Assembly (NCBI GenBank): GCA_047967505.1
Contig: CM106538.1
Direction: 5' to 3' (one strand)
From: Dipteris shenzhenensis
Lineage: Eukaryota
Length of the DNA stretch: 64,000 bases
How positions within the stretch are numbered: the stretch's first letter is position 1; each line of letters opens with the position of its first letter. A model generated the notes under the pieces. The model did not search any database. It was not told the origin of the DNA and saw nothing but the letters and a program-made list of their open reading frames with translations. A program made the position numbers and the translations under genes. Positions 36,601-49,265 of the stretch are shown piece by piece.

Positions 36601-38621
36601 CTTGGATCAAGAGATACAACTTGATCTAGGTGGAGGGGCAAAAGGAGTGCATATGTGCTCAATGATGATGATGTGTCACTATGGGTCACATGCAAAGATG
36701 ATGTGGCACTGTGCCTAGCAAGAGGTGTGCCTCTATGAAGCAGTGTTGAGGTGTCAACTGTGTGCACATGCAAGGTGCATAGTGTACCTATAGAGTGATA
36801 ACTGTGCCTATAGGGGGTTAGTGTGCCACGTGGCACTGATGAGGTGGTAGCTAACTAGGCATGATGAGGTGGTAGCTGAGATGGCTTGATGACATGTCCT
36901 AATAACATGGATTACCACCATGGCAGATGATGTGGTAGTGTTGACTTTGACTGATGATGTGGCAGTCAGTGATGACATGGGTACCATCGTGCAGCTGACG
37001 TGTCAGTGGTGACAATTGGCAGATAAGGCTGATGATGTGGTAGCCTCACGAGGCTGCTGAGGTGGCAACTGGAGGTGGTTGCTGATGTGGCACGATAAGG
37101 TGCCATGTGTCACCTAGAGGATAAGCCTTTTGAAGAGGCCACATGTCAATAGGAGGGGCACCAGAATCTTGATGATTCCAATGAAATCTCAAAGATTCCA
37201 TCGTTGTTGTGTGGATGCTATTGTTAGATGCTTTGGGCTAATGCATATGCTTCCCTTGGCATGCTATCGAAGCGAGCACGATCTTGGCAGCTCCTCTATC
37301 CTACTGATCCAAGCAAGACAAGAGTCTTTAGAGCTGCATGGCACATTATGAGAGAGCCATCACCGAAGGCTTTTGGAGCATGGGCTAAAAGGTGTCGCAT
37401 GCAGGCTTTGGTTACAGGCAGATCGATGGAGGTCGGAGTGCTTGTTGGTGCTATCTCTGTAGAGCTCATTGCTAGAGTCAACCATGCTTGAGCTCGTTGG
37501 CATAGGAATTGTGTAGTTGTAGTCGTTGGCTAATTCAGTGCACTGTGAGGTCACCTTGGTCGTTCAATAGGTGCTTATTGTAGGCAAGGCTGCTGCTGCC
37601 AATTGCTCTTGGAGTGATGGTTGGAGTAGGCTACGCTTCTTTCATCAATGAAGGTGCTAAGTTGAAGGCGAGGCTTTTTGTAGGAGGTGTTGGTGGTGTC
37701 TGCTGCAATCCACAGGCATAGTCGGTGGTGTCTGCAGAGGTAGTTGCTTTAGGGAGCTTGAAGCTCTGTTGGAGAAGGCTGGGGCTCTTTGCTAGCCAGC
37801 TGTGTCATTGAGGCTATTGAGGCATTGAGTCATAGTTTGTGAAGTCAGTTGGAGATGCTTGGAAGGAAGCCGCATATCGTTTGAAGCAACAAAGGAGAGC
37901 TTGCTATAGTAGCCACCTAGAATGGAGGAGTGGCTTGGCTTTTTGAGCTACCTGGAGCTCTATTGGAGTTGCTGGAGAGGATACTTGAGCTCTCAAGGAG
38001 AGCTTGTTGACCAGAGGCTTAGCACAATAGCACTCAAAAATCTCTCTTTTCTCACAAATCTTTCTCAATGAAGAACTCTCTCTATCTTTCTCTCAAAGGA
38101 TCTCTCTTTCTTCTCAACTGAAATCGAAGAACAACACAATGAATCACTCAACCTCACATAGACAAAAATCTTAGACATGCAATGAATAAAGTTCTCTCAA
38201 TGGAAGAGAACACAAATCCCTCACAAATGAACGGAAATCCTATGGATGGAAATTTCTCACAAAGGATGGAAGTCTCCCACCGAAAGCGAACTCTCACGGA
38301 GAACACTCAAGAGAACTCACAATCACTCAATCTCTCTCGCACTCTCAAGAATCACAATGCCTTAGCAGAAGGCAAGGGAGCTCTAATACCATGACAGAAT
38401 ATGAAGAGGGGAGAGGAGAAGAGTGGAGATGAGGAGAGAGGGCACAGCTAGAGAGCACACCACAAATGACTAACTGTACACTAGTTTTAGTCGAAAATGT
38501 AGAATATATACAAACCAATTTAGGGTTAGGGTTAGGGCATCTAACCCTTTTCTTTATAGCACTCTATAAGGTTACTGCTATGCACACATGATCACATGAT
38601 GTTGAGTGTGAAGTCTCAATA
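33615..38621 (-). mobile_element. Ty1/Copia element D, 5' half (5' LTR, ~2.5-kb leader, gag, protease, integrase); same family as C and E
   Basis: LTR at 38392-38621; PBS tggtattagagc at 38380-38391; gag start KLDNSNYGTWKYQM at 35892; KWHKRYGHVN; RSDRGGEY. Truncated after GHLHIFG. Confidence 0.92.
38392..38621 (-). repeat. 5' LTR of Copia D
   Basis: Homologous to LTR 13067-13323 and adjacent to the PBS. Confidence 0.9.
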
Positions 38622-39344
38622 GCACCTTGAAATTTCCATTCATATTTAAGGAGGTTTCTGCCTGAGGATTGTTTTCTGCCCAGGCCTGAAAGTGGCTCAC
38701 GGGTGGTTCAAAACCCATAATTGTATTTTGGTTTAAGGCATTTATTGCAGATTGGGAGTCTACACTTGTGCCAAAAAGCGAACTCAGCTGGGAAGACTGC
38801 TACAGACGGGTGCTCACATACACTATCCAAAACTAAAGGATTTGCAGATTGGGTGCCTAGAGCAGTACTCCTACAACGAACCTTCTAAGGATCCATGACT
38901 CACAAGCTCTAAGGCTTATGGTGTAGCACCTCCTATTGCAACAAGCGACTCCATAGCCTCAATAGGCAGTGCCATCCAAGAACTCCCGGCTCCATCCATC
39001 TCTAGCAAGATTCCATCACTTGTAAGATTCTGTCACCGAAATCTCTATGATTCTATCAACCTCGAGAGAGTGACACATGGTAGATGGGGTTATCACCCAG
39101 GACTGGTTGAAATTATGACACGTGGAAAATTATCTCCTAAGGGTTACCAAACACAGGTTTGGTCAGCCTTGGTTCAGTTAAGCCACCACATGTTGGGTCA
39201 GTAGCCTTGGGGTCAGGTTGCATGACACGTGGCAGATAAGAGTTGACCCTAGTTGAGTGGTACAGTCAGGTAGATCCTCAGTCATCCTTTTGGATAGGTT
39301 TAGTTACATAACTGAAGATCAAATTAAACCCAAGTCAAGTTAAC

Positions 39345-41287
39345 CCCTGGTTAGTTGCCACATCATTTGCCAAGTGGCACTGACACTCTACAGGCACTGT
39401 TATCACTCTGTAGGCACACTGTGCACATAGGTGCCACCTCATCACTACTCCACAAGCACACCTCTTGCTAAGCATAGTGCCACATCATCATCACTACATG
39501 TGACTCACATTGACACATCATCATTGAGCACATTTGCACTCCTTTTGCCCCTCCACCTAGATCAAGCTGTATCTCTTGATCCAGGAAGAATTTGAGGGCG
39601 CTCCAAAAAGGAAAAATGATCAATTTTTCATGCTCTATGCATTCATCACATCACACATGCATTTTGGTGCATGTTACACTCAGTTTTGAGCTTCGCCTGT
39701 GATGATAAATCCACTTTTGACACGCACATCAGCCTCTACATCGACGCATCTGACCTAGCACATAAAAAGAACAAAAGAAAATAAATTATTTGTTGTTCTT
39801 TAATCGATCGATGGTTGGTATAGATCTAGATCAAAGTAGACTAGATTGCTGTAGAGGGGACGCTTTGAATCTCCCCAAGTTACCAATCTAAGCCATGCCC
39901 AAAATTCCCGACTAGTACCTGCAGTCCTTATGCTCACATATGGTTTCACATCATCACATTACCTCAAACCTAAAGTTCATCAGTTCAGTGAGCAGACTTC
40001 AAAGTGTTCAGAGGCATTTTCGATTGTTCAGTGGGGGCAAATAGCACATGATTTGATTTCACACACACATGCCATCATTGTAAAGCCTATTCAGCTATTT
40101 CACGGCATTGTGCACATCATTTCAGCCTTGTAAAGCCTCTTGGCTATTCCCGGCATCATTTGCCACAAGCCTCGTAACACAGATCGGATTTTATACATTG
40201 TAGTTCTATCTTCACCGATAGTTCATATTTCACTTGGCACAGTCAGTGTTTTGCACTTGATTCAGACAGTGATTTTCACGACACTTTGAGTATATTTCTT
40301 TCACCATGTCTACGACTAGCAACCTCAATCTGGAGGCATTTGCTAAGCTAGACAACTCCAATTATGGCACATGGAAATACCGAATGGAGACCATTCTTGT
40401 ACTTCAGGACAAATGGGAGTATGTCGATGGATCTACACCTAGACCATTGGACGATCCAACCACTAGTAGCTCTACTCCACCTGTTGTCACCGCAATAGTA
40501 TAAGATCTACAACTACACAAACAGTTACACTAGGATCTAAAGCTACACAAATAGTTTTCACACCTATAGTAGATCCTGCCATTTCCCAAGCTCAGGCGGA
40601 ATGGGATAAGAAAGACAAGTACGCATATCATCTGATCAAGTAGAATGTGCAAGATGTCATGCTAGGACAGCTCAACATAGTCAAGACACCAAAAGAAGCA
40701 TGGGATATGTTTATAGCTCTCTACGAGTCCAAGAACACATCCAAGATTCTCACACTGAGAAACCAAATCAACCAGAGTTTCCGCAATAGCAGTGAAAGCA
40801 GTTATGCTTATGTACTCTGGATAACAGACTACAACAATCAACTCACAGCAGCAGCAGAGCAAGAGAGACTATGAATCCAGTAGAAATGGTTCAAGTCATC
40901 TTGAAGAGACTAGGAGAGGGATATGAGAACCCAATCCAGAGTATTACCATCCAACAGCAAATTTTGACACTAGAAGAGCTCCAGTCAGTCCTACTTGTGG
41001 TGAAGAACTTAGGACTTAAGCCATTCAAGCACGCAAAGGTCATTCTAATGATCAGGCATTCACAGCTTCAGATAGAAGCAGAGGCAGAGGCAGAGGTAGA
41101 TCATTCCAGAAAAGTGGTCATCATCGACAACAGTCATAAGGAAAGTGAGCATCAGCACCAACATCATCCTCAGCAACAACAGCATCAACAAAGAGGAAAT
41201 CATTCCAATCGAGGAAGATTTTAAGGATGAGGGAATGCATCCACCAATGTGTCAAACATCCAGTGCAACTATTGTCATAAGTTTGGA
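39345..41287 (+). mobile_element. Copia fragment E (leader plus gag up to the zinc knuckle); inverted homolog of about 34940-36860
   Basis: MSTTSNLNLEAFAKLDNSNYGTWKYRMETILVLQDKWEYVDGS is nearly identical to the gag of D. The fragment ends abruptly at CNYCHKFG. Confidence 0.9.
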
Positions 41288-44200
41288 CCTCGGCTTGCAG
41301 TTGCTGTATTGGAACTACCTGAGGAGCTGGATTTGGCGCTCTTGGATATGGTTGTGGATTCGAATTCTTGAGTAATTGCGAGACTTGTGTTCAAATGGGA
41401 ACAGGATTCAGCCTCGGAGCTGAGGGCACTTGTGCAAGTGCCGGTTGCTGTACATTGGTATGGTTGCCGGTGGGTATTGTTGAGGTCGAGGTGGGTTGTT
41501 GCGCATGTTGAAGATGCAACTATTTTCATCATGGCCACCAACTACGCAGATATGGCACCACAACCTTGGCAGTGGATTTTCTTGTGTAGTGATCCTGGCT
41601 CTTAGGACCAGGCATTCATTTGTTGTATGATTGGCCATGTAGTGTGGGCACCATACATTTTCTTGCCATGGATAAGTCTGAGGTGGCAGCTGAGACAAGT
41701 GAAGCTTTTGTTCCATGGCCTGCATCATTTCTTCTTTCAGCTTCATGGCCTCTAGATGATCTTCATTAGATGTTTCGGTAGTGGACTTGGATTTTCCCTT
41801 TTTAGAGCGTTTATCTCATGCACTAGATTTGCCATCATCATTGCTGGTGTCAGAGTCGGTCATGCCATCCTCAATGTCAACGGTTGCCGCATGAGCAACA
41901 CTGAACATTTCGTAACTGTGCTAATCTTTTTTATGTCTTTGCAGATTTTCTTCCTTAGTCCTGCACAATGAGCCAGGACATGAGGTACTTTGCTTCGGGG
42001 TGTGGGTCACATTTGGCAATTAATCGTTTCATCTTGCCTAGGTACGTGCATTCATCTTCTCGACGGCCTTGTTTGATCTTGCTCAGTTGGAGGGTGGGAT
42101 CATCTTGTAGTCTCTCCGTTTGAAAGTGCCTCTTGAGTTCTGTTTGAAGAAGGTCCATGTGGATCTCTCTTCCACTAGGAGGTCTAGGTACCAATCTGAC
42201 GCTTCATCGGTTAAGGCCATGGGAAACCAAGCCACCTTGGTTTCATTGGATTGATCTCCACCTGCTCGGCTTACGGCATCAAAATGCTGGAGGAATAGGG
42301 TTGGATCTCCCCTACCATTATATTTGGGAAGTTCGAGTTTGCCCAAGGGGCACTTGCCTTGATTGTTATTATTTATGCGATTAAAGAAATTGCTACCCTC
42401 TGCATTGAGGTCAATATCCCAATCATCGTCGCCGCAACGACGCCCAGCCATGTTGTGTCGTGGAGGAGTCAAAGGGATTTCATGAATTTTAGGGGGGGAA
42501 TCGGGGTAGAGGATTGTAGGAGGCGTTGGCTATAGCAGAGGTGAATACGGATTTGGCAAGCATTGCTATCGGAGGCATTGGCTGAAGCGTAGCTGCATGC
42601 AGATTGGGCGAGAGTTGCAAAGGGTGTCTCTACCGCAAGTGCACGTGTTGATGTAGTTGTGTTAGGGGGTTAGAGGTCTGTTAGTGTTGTAGGGACCGTC
42701 GTATTAATAATGTGCCTAGGATTGTCCCACGTGTGTGGGGAAATGTGCCAATGCAGACGGATCATCAATTGGAGGTCACGGCATAAAGGGCGCAAATCAA
42801 CGAGTGCTAGGGATGCCAACATGGTGTGCAATGGTTGGAAAAATGCCCCATAGCATGGTGTTTCTGTGTGTTGAAGTAGGGGTAAAATTGGCCTTTTTTG
42901 TGGTGGGGGGAGGGCTTGGTCTTAAGGTTTGGTGTGAATGGTCCTAAACTCTAACTGGGGGAACTGAACTAGGGTAATTCTAGTTAGTCTAACTAGGCTC
43001 TTACCCTAACTATTTAGTTATGATAACTAGACAGTTAGTTTGGCTAACCTAACTGGTTGCATTTAGTTAAACTAAGTAGAGGTATTCTACTAACTTAGTG
43101 TCAGTTAATCTAACCTAACCAGACTGTAACTAGTCTACCTTAGGTTATGCTAACCTAAATGTAAAGCCTAGCTAACTACGGAGGGTTAATGCTAACTAAT
43201 CCTAGTTCACTAACCTAACCTAACCTACCCTACTAACTTAACCTAAGATTAGTCTAATGGTTAGGTTAGTTTTTAAAAAAACAAATAAAACAAAAAAAAT
43301 GGGGGGGGTGTCACAAGGCGGCATCTAAGGGGGGGTTTGGCGAATCGGAGAGGGGGGTTTGTAGATGCAGGAGGGGGAGGGGAGTGTGGAGATGAGGGAA
43401 GGGAGGAGATGGAGGAGGAGGAAGTAGTAGGAGGGAGGGAGGAGTAGGAGGAGGTGGAGCAGAGGCAGGTCACGCAGAGGAGGCTGAGGGAGGTGGACGT
43501 CGGGCGGGCAGAGGCGATGAGACATGGTGGGGCGAGCGTCGTTGCCTGATTGCGGGTGGAGGAGGGGAAGCACTACCCAAATGGGTGTGCACCGTCGCCT
43601 AGCAGCAGCGGCTTAGGCCCTTATTAAGGGCTAAAGGGCTTTAAAGCCCCTTAGGAGCAAAGTTTAGGGAGAGCGGTTGGGTAGTGAGAGATGAGGCGGA
43701 AGAGAGAGAGAGGGGGGGTGGAATTGAACGGGGGGGTGGAATGGAGGGGGGAGCATGGACAGTGGAGAGGGGGGGGGGGGTGGAGCAGGGTGGAGGGGGG
43801 TGGAATGGAGGGGGGGGTGTGGGGGGGTGGAGGGGGGTGGAATGGAGGTGGAATGGAAGGGGGGGGGGAGGGGGTGGAGGGGGAGAAATGGAGGGGGTGA
43901 GGGGGGGTGGAGGGGGGTGAAGGGGGTAGGGATGGAGGGGGGGTGGAGTGGATGGAGAGGGTGGGGGGGGGGGGGGGGGGGGGTGGAGGGGGGGGGGGGG
44001 AACTTGATGGATGGAAAACTTTGATAGCAATCCAAAGGTAGGAAGAGATGATCACCTTAACGCTCTCCAAATCTTTCTCGAAATAACTCATTGTGTGAGA
44101 ATGGGAGTAGGGTCATGGTCAAATGCAGAGGGAGGAGTGTCTTGCATAGGGCTCAGAATAGGGAAGAGGATAAAGGCAAGATTTGAAAGAAGAAGAATGA

Positions 44201-45317
44201 GGGGGTGAAGTGGGTTTTTATAGGAATGGGTATAGGCTTTAGGGTTAAACCCTAAACTCTTCTCGAGTCATAACTTTTCATGGTGGTTAGCTCGGATTGC
44301 TCTTTTGTAAAAAGGTGAAATAATCAAAATTGCAAGCTCTACGCATTTGTGTCCATTACCTAGCCTGATTTGTTTATCAAGTGGTTTCTTTTTAGAAATA
44401 AATAAAATTTCTTAAGGTAGTAACCCAAGGTTGACGCTGGGGGTTGATATGTTTGGCTAGAGTTGGAAACAAATTTTCTCTCCTAGCCCTTGAGTGTTAT
44501 GATCGTGAAAATTTATAGTAGTTTGTGTTTTACACATACTTGAGTATGTTTACTCGTTACTTGAGATGCTAGTCTCCCTAGCAGCGGTGCCAAATGTTGG
44601 CTCTTTCCCATGGCTTCCACAGGCGGAGCAGGGTATTCTCAATATGCAGGGTTCTGAGGCTTTTTGTCACCTACAGATATATCGGGGTTGTCGTTTGTAG
44701 TATACGTGTAGCTTAGGACCTCGAGTCGTATTGTAGTAAGAGACGTATGCTTAAGTGTGGTAAGCAAACATAGTGCATGCATGTGTGAAAGGAACGTGCA
44801 TCATCATGGTTGAGGTAATGAAGGCTTTTGCCATCATTGGGGGTTGAAGGGTTTAGGAGGGGTTTAAGGATTAGAGGTTGGTTCAAGGTTTAGAAGGAGG
44901 TTCCAAGGTTTAGAGAGAGGTTCCAAAGTTTAGAAGAGGTTCAAGGGTTAGAAGGAGGAACCAAGGTTCAAGGTAGAGTACATGGTGGAGAACTCGTCTT
45001 CTTCATAGTTCATGGAGGTTAAGGGTTAAGGAACTAAGGGTTTAGGGGGAGCATAGGAGTAGGAGAGGAAGAAGATGTAAGAGCATGGGGGGAAAGGAGA
45101 GAGAGAAGGGGGGAGGAAGAGGAGGGAGGAGGAGGAGGAGGAGGAGGAGGAGGGAGGAGGAGGAGGAGGAGAGGGAGAGGATGGGTTGCAAGGTTAGAGG
45201 AGAGGGGAGGAGGAGCCCAGGAGGAGTTGCAAGGTTAGGACATGCTTTTGGACGTGGAGTACAAGGAAGCATGGACACTTGAGACAATTGGTTAGAATAC
45301 CAAAGTAGAACTCAACA
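41288..45317 (-). mobile_element. Ty3/Gypsy element F, 5' part (candidate 5' LTR, PBS, long leader, gag)
   Basis: gag LPKYNGRGDPTLFL...FPMALTDEASDWY at 42083-42472 and the knuckle WCHICVVGGHDENSC. Athila-type PBS tggcaccgctgctaggg at 44576-44592. Candidate LTR at 44595-45317 with TGTTG...CAACA ends; no second LTR is present to confirm it. Confidence 0.75.
43690..44000 (+). repeat. Extremely G-rich low-complexity tract (gggggggtggaatggagg-type units)
   Basis: Dozens of G-runs of 3 or more, including a run of about 20 G. Confidence 0.9.
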
Positions 45318-45404
45318 CAATGCCCCAAAGAGTGTGGGCTTCATTCCATTATGGGGTATTTATACAAGTTGGAGAGCTTCTCTCTCTGCATGTAGGAATT
45401 GTAA

Positions 45405-45635
45405 GACATTCTCTCTCTACATGTAGAACTTGCATATAGAAGTTGTATGTAGGAGTTGCAAGTTGCATGTAGGAGTTGCATGTAGAACTCGCATGTTGCA
45501 TGTTGGAGTTGCATGTAGGAGTTACATTGTAGAACTTGCATGTTGCATGTTGCATGTAGAACTCGCATGTAGAACATGCATGTAGGAATCATATGTAGGA
45601 CTGGAATGTAGGTGTTGCAAGTAGAACTTGCATGT
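45405..45635. repeat. Minisatellite, ~13-bp unit gcatgtag(g/a)a(g/c)tt
   Basis: More than a dozen degenerate copies are visible. Confidence 0.85.
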
Positions 45636-47176
45636 TGAGTATTCCTAAGAGAGATTATATTCCTAGCCTTATGCAAGTACAAGCAGAGCTTTGTCGCTAC
45701 TCTACACACACATTCCCTAAGTCCATGTTGGCATAGAGACAACAGCTCTCTCTTGCTTTTGAATAAGCCAGCCAAAAATCTCATGATAGCTTGCAGACCT
45801 GAGTCGCAGCTTTTTCAGCAAGAACCACATTGACTTTGACTTGCTCAACCACACGTTGACACAAAGAAAGATTGAAGAAGGAAATTAAAAAGAAGCAACT
45901 TTGTTTGTAAGAGGAGAGGCAGTGCACGAAGCACTTGTCATGCTTCAGCTAGACTTGTAGCTAAAGTAGCAACCCTCTCGATCATCAACAACTTTGCTTG
46001 CCAGCCATGATAAATTTTCAAACCTGAAGATAATCAAGCTTGTTTGCTTGCTCATGAGACAAATGGGAAACGTTTGGCCAAGTTGGACTATGTGTATGTC
46101 CTTGCAAGTGTGTGTATTTCTAGGTGCATGTGTATGACATAGATAAGAAGATATTGGCAAAGGAGACCTTATCGAGTTGGAGTATGTGTATGTCCTTGCA
46201 ATTGTGTGTGTGTGTGTCTAGGCGCATCATATCAATGTGCACCTATGAATGCACATGGGTGGAATATGTGTAGAAGCTACTTTATCTCCATAATGGGCAC
46301 ATTTGTTTATTTAGGCACTCGAACAATGACTTCTTCACAAATAGTTATAGGTCAAACCTCGAGAGTTTGCCAAAGTCACTAATGTCCACTCTCTATCACA
46401 TGAACACACACAATAGAGCCTCTGTGTGTGTGTGTGTGGAAAGTGGAGGGAATGCATGGAATCCTTTTTGAGTGCCACATGGCAATCCTTGACCATTTCT
46501 TCCAAGGTAGGAGACACATCTCTCTCTCTCTCTGTCACACACACACACTTTTTTCTTAAGAAAAATCCACACACACGCACGCATTTCCCTGACTCTAACC
46601 CCAAAACCACCACTTTGTTGTAAGTTGGATAGATTTTCAAAATCACCTTGAAGGGAATCCATTCTTACACAACACACACACACACACACACACACTTTTT
46701 TTTTTTTGGTGAGAAGAAAGCTTTTATTTCTATATAATAAGTACATTCATAGCTGCTTCAAAAAACGAAGTAGCTACTACTCAAGAAAAGATCTCAGTAT
46801 AGGCTGTATACACATCCTGATCAATCAAACGAGTCTGAAAACAATCATAGAATGATTGTTGCAGAGATCGTTTGAAAAAAAAAGGGAAAATGGCAAGCCG
46901 CATCCATTCCCCTCCCTAACACGTGGCTGCCATTCCCTTCTTCTCTGGCTAGCGTTTTCGCGGGAACTCACTTACCAAGAAGCTCCGCCCTGCTCCCTGG
47001 GATTTCACGAAGAAATGTTATGGCCAGGCGGGGCCAACCAATACAAGGATGAAAATAGTGGATCACCAAAGACTCTATGATTTCTATCCATCCATAAAGT
47101 CCATAGGGTCCAATATCGCACCCATATAAAAAATAAATCAAAACCCTGTCTTTGGGGATGAAATCCAAACAACCAG

Positions 47177-47177
<1 letters not shown>

Positions 47178-47218
<41 letters not shown>

Positions 47219-47250
47219 TAATGTAGCTCATTAATTGTTTCACTCTCTCA

Positions 47251-47295
<45 letters not shown>
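47178..47295. repeat. Compound microsatellite (AC)n, (CT)n, (CA)n
   Basis: Read directly from the sequence. Further AC/CT tracts occur at about 46420, 46520 and 46670. Confidence 0.9.
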
Positions 47296-47296
<1 letters not shown>

Positions 47297-49106
47297 TTTT
47301 TATTAATGAATTGACTTTCTTGCTTAAGTACACTTCCCTCCCCCCACAATCCCTCGCCCATGTCTTTTTGGTCTCTCTTGTCTATACATATCCTCCCCTA
47401 AATTTGTCTTTGCAGTATGTAATCACTACCCTAACTTCCCTCCCCCTTTTTTTTTCTTTTTAAAGAACGACTTAATCCCTGGGTTGTAAGCCCCCCTACC
47501 ATTTGTTTTATTTTGTTTCTTGTTTCCCCTTTTTTAGTTTTTATAATTCATTTTTTCTACCTTTTGCTAACCTTTTTAGCCCTCCATTTTCTTTTATTTC
47601 ATTCCCTCCCCTCTTGTACTATTTTTCTTTTTTAGTATTGATTTTTTCCTACTATAGACTATTTTTAATATTCTATTCTTTTTTAATCCCCTAACTATAT
47701 TATTCTTTACTGTATAAATCCCCTAGCTGTTTCCGTATTACTCATTATAATACCCCCCTAAAATTTATTTCTCTCACCCCCTAATTATTGTCTTTTTAAT
47801 GACTCTCTTTTTGGCCTGCCATGGGGAGGCCTTAGTTAAGGTTCCTCCCCAACTCAAAAGTGAAATTGTGTATACTTTATTTCTGAAGGAGTCGAATTCG
47901 TGTAATTTCCTCAGTTGTCCATGTGTCCGTGCATGCTTTGCAGATGTGGCATCTCCCATTTAGGGTGTGTTCCACCATCCTTTGGTATGGACACCACGTG
48001 AAACACCCAAAATTTTTGCATGCACAATATGGTGACCATCATGTTTGCTTTGGTTGTTCTTCAGATTGGACTCTACGATATTCTCGGCCATCGACTTGCA
48101 GGGGATTCGACATGCAATGTCCGTTGGCTATAAGATCATGTTCTACTCGATTTGGATTGCATTACACGTTCTAGTTTGTTGTATTGCTTTCACTGGAGGT
48201 ATGGCTGAGCAGGAACTTGATCAAGGTATCGGTGCATGTGAAGCGACGGATGAAATCCATGGTGTTGCTAACTCGGTGGGTAGAGGGGAGAACTCGCCAC
48301 AGTCAATGGACACCAGAGAAAACACAGTTCACAGGGGTTGATTATTTCATCTCCCCTGTTTCAATTTGCTTCAATTCATTTTTTTTCTTTTCTTCTTTAC
48401 CCTTTTGCTCACCATTTTATGTTTGCACCTTTTTGCAAAAATGGTGAAGCATGCTTATGGGAGAGTTGTTGGTGAACCAAACAATGACGTCATGTCCTCC
48501 ATGCATGGTATAGTCATTTCACCTTATGCTATGGAGTGTTGTCTAGGCAAAACAAGTTGTTGTTTGCGCTATCTGATCATTGTGCATGTGCAAATGGAGT
48601 TGTGAGACCTTGTTCTTGTTGCCTTGTGCTGACGACAAGGAAGAATGTAGAATTCATTCATTTGCTTTCAGTTCTCCACTCTACTATCTTCTGGTATCAA
48701 ACCTTCAAAGCAGTCATACTTATTCAAGGCTTGACCAATCAATAAAGACACAAAGCGCTCTCTCCATAAGGCATTCCATGCAGCACCGGCAAGAGAAGCA
48801 TATGCAAAAGGTGGAATTGATTCATTTATTTCTGCATTCCTTTAGTTTGTAGACTATTTCACATTATTTTGAGGGATTGGTCAGGTTCGCTTTTCGGCAT
48901 TGGGTTTGGTATAGCTAGCTGACGACTATTATGATAGTTCAATTGAATGAGCATAACTGTGGTTTTTCATCTATAGATGACTATTCTGGTTTTCATAGCT
49001 TGTACGCTAACTTGACGTATTGTGGTGTCAAACCGTGTTTTACGAGGATGGATTTTTTAAGTTATCAGAGCATTTTTCCAACTTTCAATAGTCAGCACGT
49101 CCTTGG

Positions 49107-49265
49107 TATAGAATCTAATGCAAACATTTATTTAAATTCTACAAATTGTAAATCTACGAACAGACGTAGTCCAAGAGACACGCTATTATGTAGAAGAACT
49201 ATGTATACCTTTTGCATCTGAGTTATCTCTCTGTTAGTATCTATCTATGTCCTCAGACTTCTACA
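49107..49265 (+). repeat. 5' LTR of Copia H (TG start mutated to TA)
   Basis: Direct repeat of 54328-54501, lacking a ~14-bp segment. Confidence 0.9.

Noticed and set aside
10150-38621. C (3' half) and D (5' half) as one element broken by a 23-kb inversion
   Set aside because: The flanks do not form a TSD (GACAA versus GGTGC), the LTRs are clearly diverged, and both halves contain the same ~430-bp integrase segment with differences.
43641-44091. Extensin- or formin-like proline-rich and glycine-rich ORFs
   Set aside because: They are open in all frames because of the G-tract, lack a signal peptide or regular SPPPP periodicity, and lie in a TE leader.
44850-45050. Interstitial telomere (ggtttag-like repeats)
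   Set aside because: The units are degenerate aaggtttagaaggagg repeats inside the candidate LTR of Gypsy F, not a TTTAGGG array.
47900-48860. Cluster of short + strand ORFs upstream of Copia H
   Set aside because: No recognisable motifs or consistent splice model could be built by eye.
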